Shown: positions 43,529 through 46,904 of the stretch, in pieces
How positions within the stretch are numbered: position 1 is the stretch's first letter
How the letters are laid out: every line of letters starts with the position of its first letter
Origin: Candidatus Woesearchaeota archaeon
GTDB lineage: Archaea; Nanobdellota; Nanobdellia; Pacearchaeales; GW2011-AR1
Direction: 5' to 3'
Assembly: GCA_964481185.1 (NCBI GenBank)
Contig: CAYZSY010000002.1
Span: forward strand, 1-46,904
DNA length: 46,904 nt
Notes under the pieces: model-generated
What the model was told of the DNA's origin: nothing
The model's input: the letters and a program-made list of their open reading frames with translations, nothing else
Database searches by the model: none
Translations under genes and position numbers: made by a program

Positions 43529-43536
43529 TTTAAATA
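43529..43536 (+). promoter_or_regulatory. TATA box (AAAGGTTTAAATA)
   Basis: TTTAAATA preceded by a purine-rich BRE-like AAAAGG, 22 nt upstream of ATG 43558 (leaderless). Confidence 0.5.
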
Positions 43537-43557
43537 GTATATATTCTTATAGAGATT

Positions 43558-44376
43558 ATGACAAATAGTACTGAAAATCAGGAGAAGTACCAAGCATTTT
43601 TTGATGCAATGGATGAGTTAAGCAGGGCTGACAAACTTAACGAGCAGGCTGCAAAAGACCCAAGATCAAAAGTGAAAGACAATGCTATTGATGACCTTGT
43701 GAAATATGCTCAAGAACGTGCACTTAAGGATGGTGTTGATAAGCTTCCAAATGACTTCTATAACCAAGATATTCAAAAATATATTGGATTGAGATCAAGC
43801 GAGGCAAATGAGAGATCTGCAAATATACTATCCGGTAATCTTGAATCAATTGTTAATGAGATACCTAGTGATAAATTATCAAAACTTGCCGGAAGCAAAG
43901 AGATTGCTGAAAGAGTAGAAGGAGAAGATATTTATGTTCTTGGCGCATATAGACAATGGAAATCTTATGAAGGTTTTAAGGAAAAATACGAGAAAGGCGA
44001 GCCAATATCTGGAGATGAAGAAAAAATTATAGGCGGACTTCGTGAGATTGCCGCAAGAAGCCTTGGAAATAAACTTGCAGAAAAAGTAAAAAATGAAGGA
44101 TACAGCAAAGATATACAAAATCAGTCAAGAGCACTTGCATATGCTGCAGTTCAGCATGGTTATGTTTCTGACATCAAAGAGGATGTTTTGTCTGGATTAG
44201 AAAAACTTGCTGAAGAGCACAAGAAAAACTATGAGAAGATTGCTTATGAGAAAACTCCTGTTGAGGAAATATTCAGAAAGACTCTCAAGAAAATGGGAAG
44301 CGATAAAGATATAAAAGAATTTGAGCTTGCAAGAAACCTCGTATACAAGATAGGTAAAGAAGATGACAAAGAATGA
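43558..44376 (+). CDS. hypothetical protein
   Basis: 272-aa helical, charged ORF. No motif recognised. Confidence 0.5.
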   Translation: MTNSTENQEKYQAFFDAMDELSRADKLNEQAAKDPRSKVKDNAIDDLVKYAQERALKDGVDKLPNDFYNQDIQKYIGLRSSEANERSANILSGNLESIVNEIPSDKLSKLAGSKEIAERVEGEDIYVLGAYRQWKSYEGFKEKYEKGEPISGDEEKIIGGLREIAARSLGNKLAEKVKNEGYSKDIQNQSRALAYAAVQHGYVSDIKEDVLSGLEKLAEEHKKNYEKIAYEKTPVEEIFRKTLKKMGSDKDIKEFELARNLVYKIGKEDDKE

Positions 44377-44599
44377 GATGAATGAAAATAGGTATTGCAA
44401 TGAAGCCCAAGATGAACTTAAGAATGTCTGGGATTTTGCAATAATGCAGTACGAGGGAGGCTTAAACAGAGAAGCAATATATGCAGCTGTAAGAGGAAGC
44501 CATCGTTTTAGAAAATTTTCTGGGGCAAAGACAGACTTTTATATGGAAATGAGATCTCATATAGAAAAGGCCATTGATTCTGTTGATTCTAAACTTTGA
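44363..44599 (+). CDS. hypothetical protein
   Basis: 78-aa ORF overlapping the upstream ORF by 14 nt. Confidence 0.4.
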   Translation: MTKNEMNENRYCNEAQDELKNVWDFAIMQYEGGLNREAIYAAVRGSHRFRKFSGAKTDFYMEMRSHIEKAIDSVDSKL

Positions 44600-44718
44600 T
44601 ACAGAGCACAAACTATGACTTTTAAGTCATAGATAATTGCATAGTTTGTCTCTGTCTCTCAAAGTCCAAACAAACCTTGGCTTTTAAGCCAAGGTAAAAT
44701 ACAAGGACTTTTTGATGT
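44600..44718. ncRNA. candidate structured RNA / structured repeat, copy 2
   Basis: The first ~67 nt are about 92% identical to 16134-16200. The 3' half keeps closing stem CAAAGTCC/GGACTTTG and hairpin ACCTTGGCT-TTTA-AGCCAAGGT with compensated substitutions relative to copy 1. It lacks the TCAGA-TAAA-TCTGA hairpin. Confidence 0.5.
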
Positions 44719-44728
44719 GAAAATTAAT

Positions 44729-45538
44729 TTATTTTTTCTCAATCATTTTATTTATCAGGCCCGTCATCTCTGACATAAATTTCTCTGCAATTTCCTGCCA
44801 TCTGTCTATTTCAGAACCTTTTACCTCTGAAACTTTTCCATGAGAGATATTTTTGTGCATTGCAAACAAATCATTAAACGCTCTTACATAACCTGTAGAA
44901 ACCATTCCTGTGTCTACAAATGCTTCTTTAAGCATCTCACCTATCTGTTCTGGGCTTGGAGGCATTTTTCCTGCAACAATAAGAGCTGCCTGCGCAGAAT
45001 CAACCATTGTCCAATAAATTCCCTCTATAGCTCCCATTTCTGCAATCTTGCTTCTTACAAGATGGGTCGGGGCTCTTTGCAATGCTACAAAAGCAGCTTC
45101 AGGCGTTGACCTTATTTTTCCTTTTTCAAGAAGGAATTTAAGAGGTGTAAAAAATCCGCCCAAATCTATGAGCGCTTCTCCATATCTCAAAATGTTAAGA
45201 ACAACAGGATCTCCATGAATTAAATCCTGCCACCATGTTGTAAGTTTAATTGTGTTTATATGCAACTCTTTTCCATAATCTTTCCCAGCTATTAACTTTC
45301 CTAATTCTTCCCTGTACCAAGCTATGAGCTCCAAATCCCATTCAACAGAGGCGTCATCTATGATTAAAACTATATCTATATCTGACTTAGTTGTCTGAGT
45401 GTTTTTTGCCTGAGAGCCAAAAAGGATTGATGCTTTTAGAAGCCTGTCAAACTTTGCCTGCGCCCTTGATGCAAAATCCAGAGAAATATCTCTTTCACTT
45501 ACAAGTCTCGTCTCTTTCTTATCACCTTTCTTTCTCAT
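44729..45538 (-). CDS. nucleotidyltransferase-domain protein (paralog of the core of 36285-38099)
   Basis: ATG at 45538 (MRKKGDKKETRLV); the longer track ORF overlaps the upstream gene. GSQAKNTQTTKSDIDIVLIIDD is the NTase core. FFTPLKFLLEKGKIRSTPEA...ALIVAGKMPPSPEQ parallels the 604-aa protein. Confidence 0.7.
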   Translation of the reverse strand: MRKKGDKKETRLVSERDISLDFASRAQAKFDRLLKASILFGSQAKNTQTTKSDIDIVLIIDDASVEWDLELIAWYREELGKLIAGKDYGKELHINTIKLTTWWQDLIHGDPVVLNILRYGEALIDLGGFFTPLKFLLEKGKIRSTPEAAFVALQRAPTHLVRSKIAEMGAIEGIYWTMVDSAQAALIVAGKMPPSPEQIGEMLKEAFVDTGMVSTGYVRAFNDLFAMHKNISHGKVSEVKGSEIDRWQEIAEKFMSEMTGLINKMIEKK

Positions 45539-45585
45539 TTTATTATATATTCTAATATGATATTTAAAGATTGCCTTTGCAATAA

Positions 45586-46890
45586 TTATTCCATAGGGCT
45601 GCCTGAAAGCCTGCTTCGTCCTGCTATCTGCCCGCCAAGCTCTGTTGGAAGATTTGCAAATCCTGCTCCATACAATGAATGATGTATCTCGGGATTCATT
45701 CCATATCCTGAAAAATAGCCTCTTGAGCTCCAATAACTTCCCGCACCTGGAGCATAAATTGGAGAGCCGAATGCTCTAAGTGTCTCTTGCAGTGGAGTTG
45801 ACTGGAAATGCTGATACCAGTTTCCAACTTCAACAACTTTCTTGATTTTGTCAAAATTCTTACTCTCTTCTTTAAGCCATCTAAAAGTTTCTTTAGGAAC
45901 ATTACCCATTCCCATGGGCAACTCAATGTTTTCAATGCCGAAATTGTCAGATAGATGAATATGCTTTAGCACAGGAGCAATTGCTTTTGCCTCAATTTTT
46001 AATTCCTCATCTCCTGCCCCGAATTTTCTAATCTGGTTTATATGTCCAACATCCCAGGTTGCACCAATCAATTTCTCAGCTTCTTCTCTTGCCTGGTCCT
46101 TTGAAAGACCGCACTCTTTAACAGCTTTTGCCGCAAATCTATCTCTTGTTTCTTCAATTAATTTCCTTATGTCCCTCCCAGATGTTATAATTGCTTGACC
46201 AGCAGGATGATTTTCTAAGCTTATAATTGGAGAGTGCTCTCCAAATTTTTTGTAAGAATCCAGGGCGACATTTGAAAATGTTTCTGCTGACTTGTTAATT
46301 GCAAATTCCTTTAATGGTTTAAGCACTTGGGGAATCTGGCTTGTTTCTATAGAACGCAAGACATGAACTCCATCTCTTACTGTTTTTGCAAGTTCTATTA
46401 AATTCTCTGGCTTATTAAGCTCGTTTATTCTTGGCTCAATTTTGGCCCTAAATTTATCTAACTTTTCAATATTCTCTTTTGCTTTCTCAGAGTTGCTTAA
46501 TTCAAAAGTCCTGTAACTCTGGTCAAAAATTTCCTTTAAATTATTATATGCCTGCCTAAGATTAATATCTCCGTAAGATATTGTTTTCATCTGGTCTCTG
46601 TAAAAATCCATGACTTCCGGCTTTTCTTTTTCCAAGAATTTCTCAAAAGCTTCTGTCTTTCCAGTCACATAATCTTTATAGCTGTTTATTATATCTTTCT
46701 CGTTAATCTTCTTATTTTCTTTGCTTTCTATAAGCTTAATCCCTTTTTCAATTGTTGATTCTCCCAATTCTGCAGCATAATCAAGGTGATGCAATTGGTC
46801 ATACCAGTTTTTTTCATTAATTTCTGATATTTTATCTTTTATTGAAACTTCTTTTTTGTCTTCGCTCAAAAACAAACCCTCCCTTATCAC
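45586..46890 (-). CDS. hypothetical protein with C-terminal xylose-isomerase-like TIM-barrel motifs
   Basis: 434 aa, GTG start, with an in-frame stop just upstream at 46897-46899. The C-terminal half has TWDVGH, HIHLSDN and ELPMGMG, reminiscent of the AP_endonuc_2/sugar-phosphate isomerase fold. The ~220-aa helical N-terminal half is unassigned. Confidence 0.45.
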   Translation of the reverse strand: MIREGLFLSEDKKEVSIKDKISEINEKNWYDQLHHLDYAAELGESTIEKGIKLIESKENKKINEKDIINSYKDYVTGKTEAFEKFLEKEKPEVMDFYRDQMKTISYGDINLRQAYNNLKEIFDQSYRTFELSNSEKAKENIEKLDKFRAKIEPRINELNKPENLIELAKTVRDGVHVLRSIETSQIPQVLKPLKEFAINKSAETFSNVALDSYKKFGEHSPIISLENHPAGQAIITSGRDIRKLIEETRDRFAAKAVKECGLSKDQAREEAEKLIGATWDVGHINQIRKFGAGDEELKIEAKAIAPVLKHIHLSDNFGIENIELPMGMGNVPKETFRWLKEESKNFDKIKKVVEVGNWYQHFQSTPLQETLRAFGSPIYAPGAGSYWSSRGYFSGYGMNPEIHHSLYGAGFANLPTELGGQIAGRSRLSGSPME

Positions 46891-46904
46891 TTTCCATTAA
46901 GCAT

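Noticed and set aside
16134-44718. A 28-kb mobile element bounded by the two direct copies of the structured repeat
   Set aside because: The interval contains single-copy housekeeping genes (RtcB, archease, thermosome, L35Ae, L10e, PpsA, several tRNAs) and no integrase or transposase. The copies are better seen as dispersed instances of one small element.
45539-45733. N-terminal 65 residues of the track ORF 44729-45733 overlapping the upstream TIM-barrel gene
   Set aside because: This part overlaps the 3' end of 45586-46890 out of frame. The NTase homology starts after the internal ATG at 45538.
1-46904. CRISPR arrays, rRNA genes, diversity-generating retroelement repeats, transposases and integrases
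   Set aside because: I saw no regularly spaced direct repeats, no rRNA-like conserved stretches, no reverse-transcriptase or recombinase motifs in any listed ORF, and no long near-identical template/variable repeat pair. The only dispersed repeats are the two small structured families reported above. A by-eye scan cannot exclude short or degenerate repeats.

Overview
Gene-dense, AT-rich (about one-third GC by eye) archaeal segment, most consistent with a small-genome DPANN-type archaeon. Archaeal markers: Kae1, the L7Ae-S28e-L24e operon, L35Ae, L10e, thermosome, RtcB plus archease, bulge-helix-bulge tRNA introns, and TATA boxes about 25 nt upstream of mostly leaderless starts. These sit beside bacterial-type genes: DNA gyrase GyrB/GyrA, a GGDEF cyclase, Fic, and a RelE/AbrB toxin-antitoxin pair. 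I call about 60 CDS and 7 tRNAs (Glu, Ile-UAU with a 59-nt intron, Pro, Asp, Tyr with a 111-nt intron, Gly, Val). I also call a 431-aa HNH-type intein inside gyrB, one GNAT gene fragment and two families of structured non-coding repeats. Housekeeping blocks are about 1-15 kb, 22-25 kb and 32.8-43.5 kb. Accessory-looking blocks are 15.1-22.1 kb (around convergent tRNA-Pro and tRNA-Asp), a tight GNAT/CoA-transferase/MazG operon at 28.4-31.8 kb, and 43.5-46.9 kb. Best candidates for something undescribed: (i) a ~120-130-nt structured element in two copies (16134-16263, 44600-44718) whose fold is kept by four compensatory base-pair changes; (ii) a cloverleaf-like triple-hairpin element closed by a 12-nt duplicate of the tRNA-Asp 3' end (17693-17804), with two of its hairpins recurring in the L7Ae mRNA leader (7070-7112); (iii) a translationally coupled membrane wHTH protein plus membrane-anchored P-loop ATPase (18526-20279); (iv) a canonical membrane GGDEF diguanylate cyclase in an archaeal context. 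No CRISPR array, rRNA, integrase, transposase or reverse transcriptase was recognised. All functional calls rest on motif recognition by eye; no database search or folding program was run.
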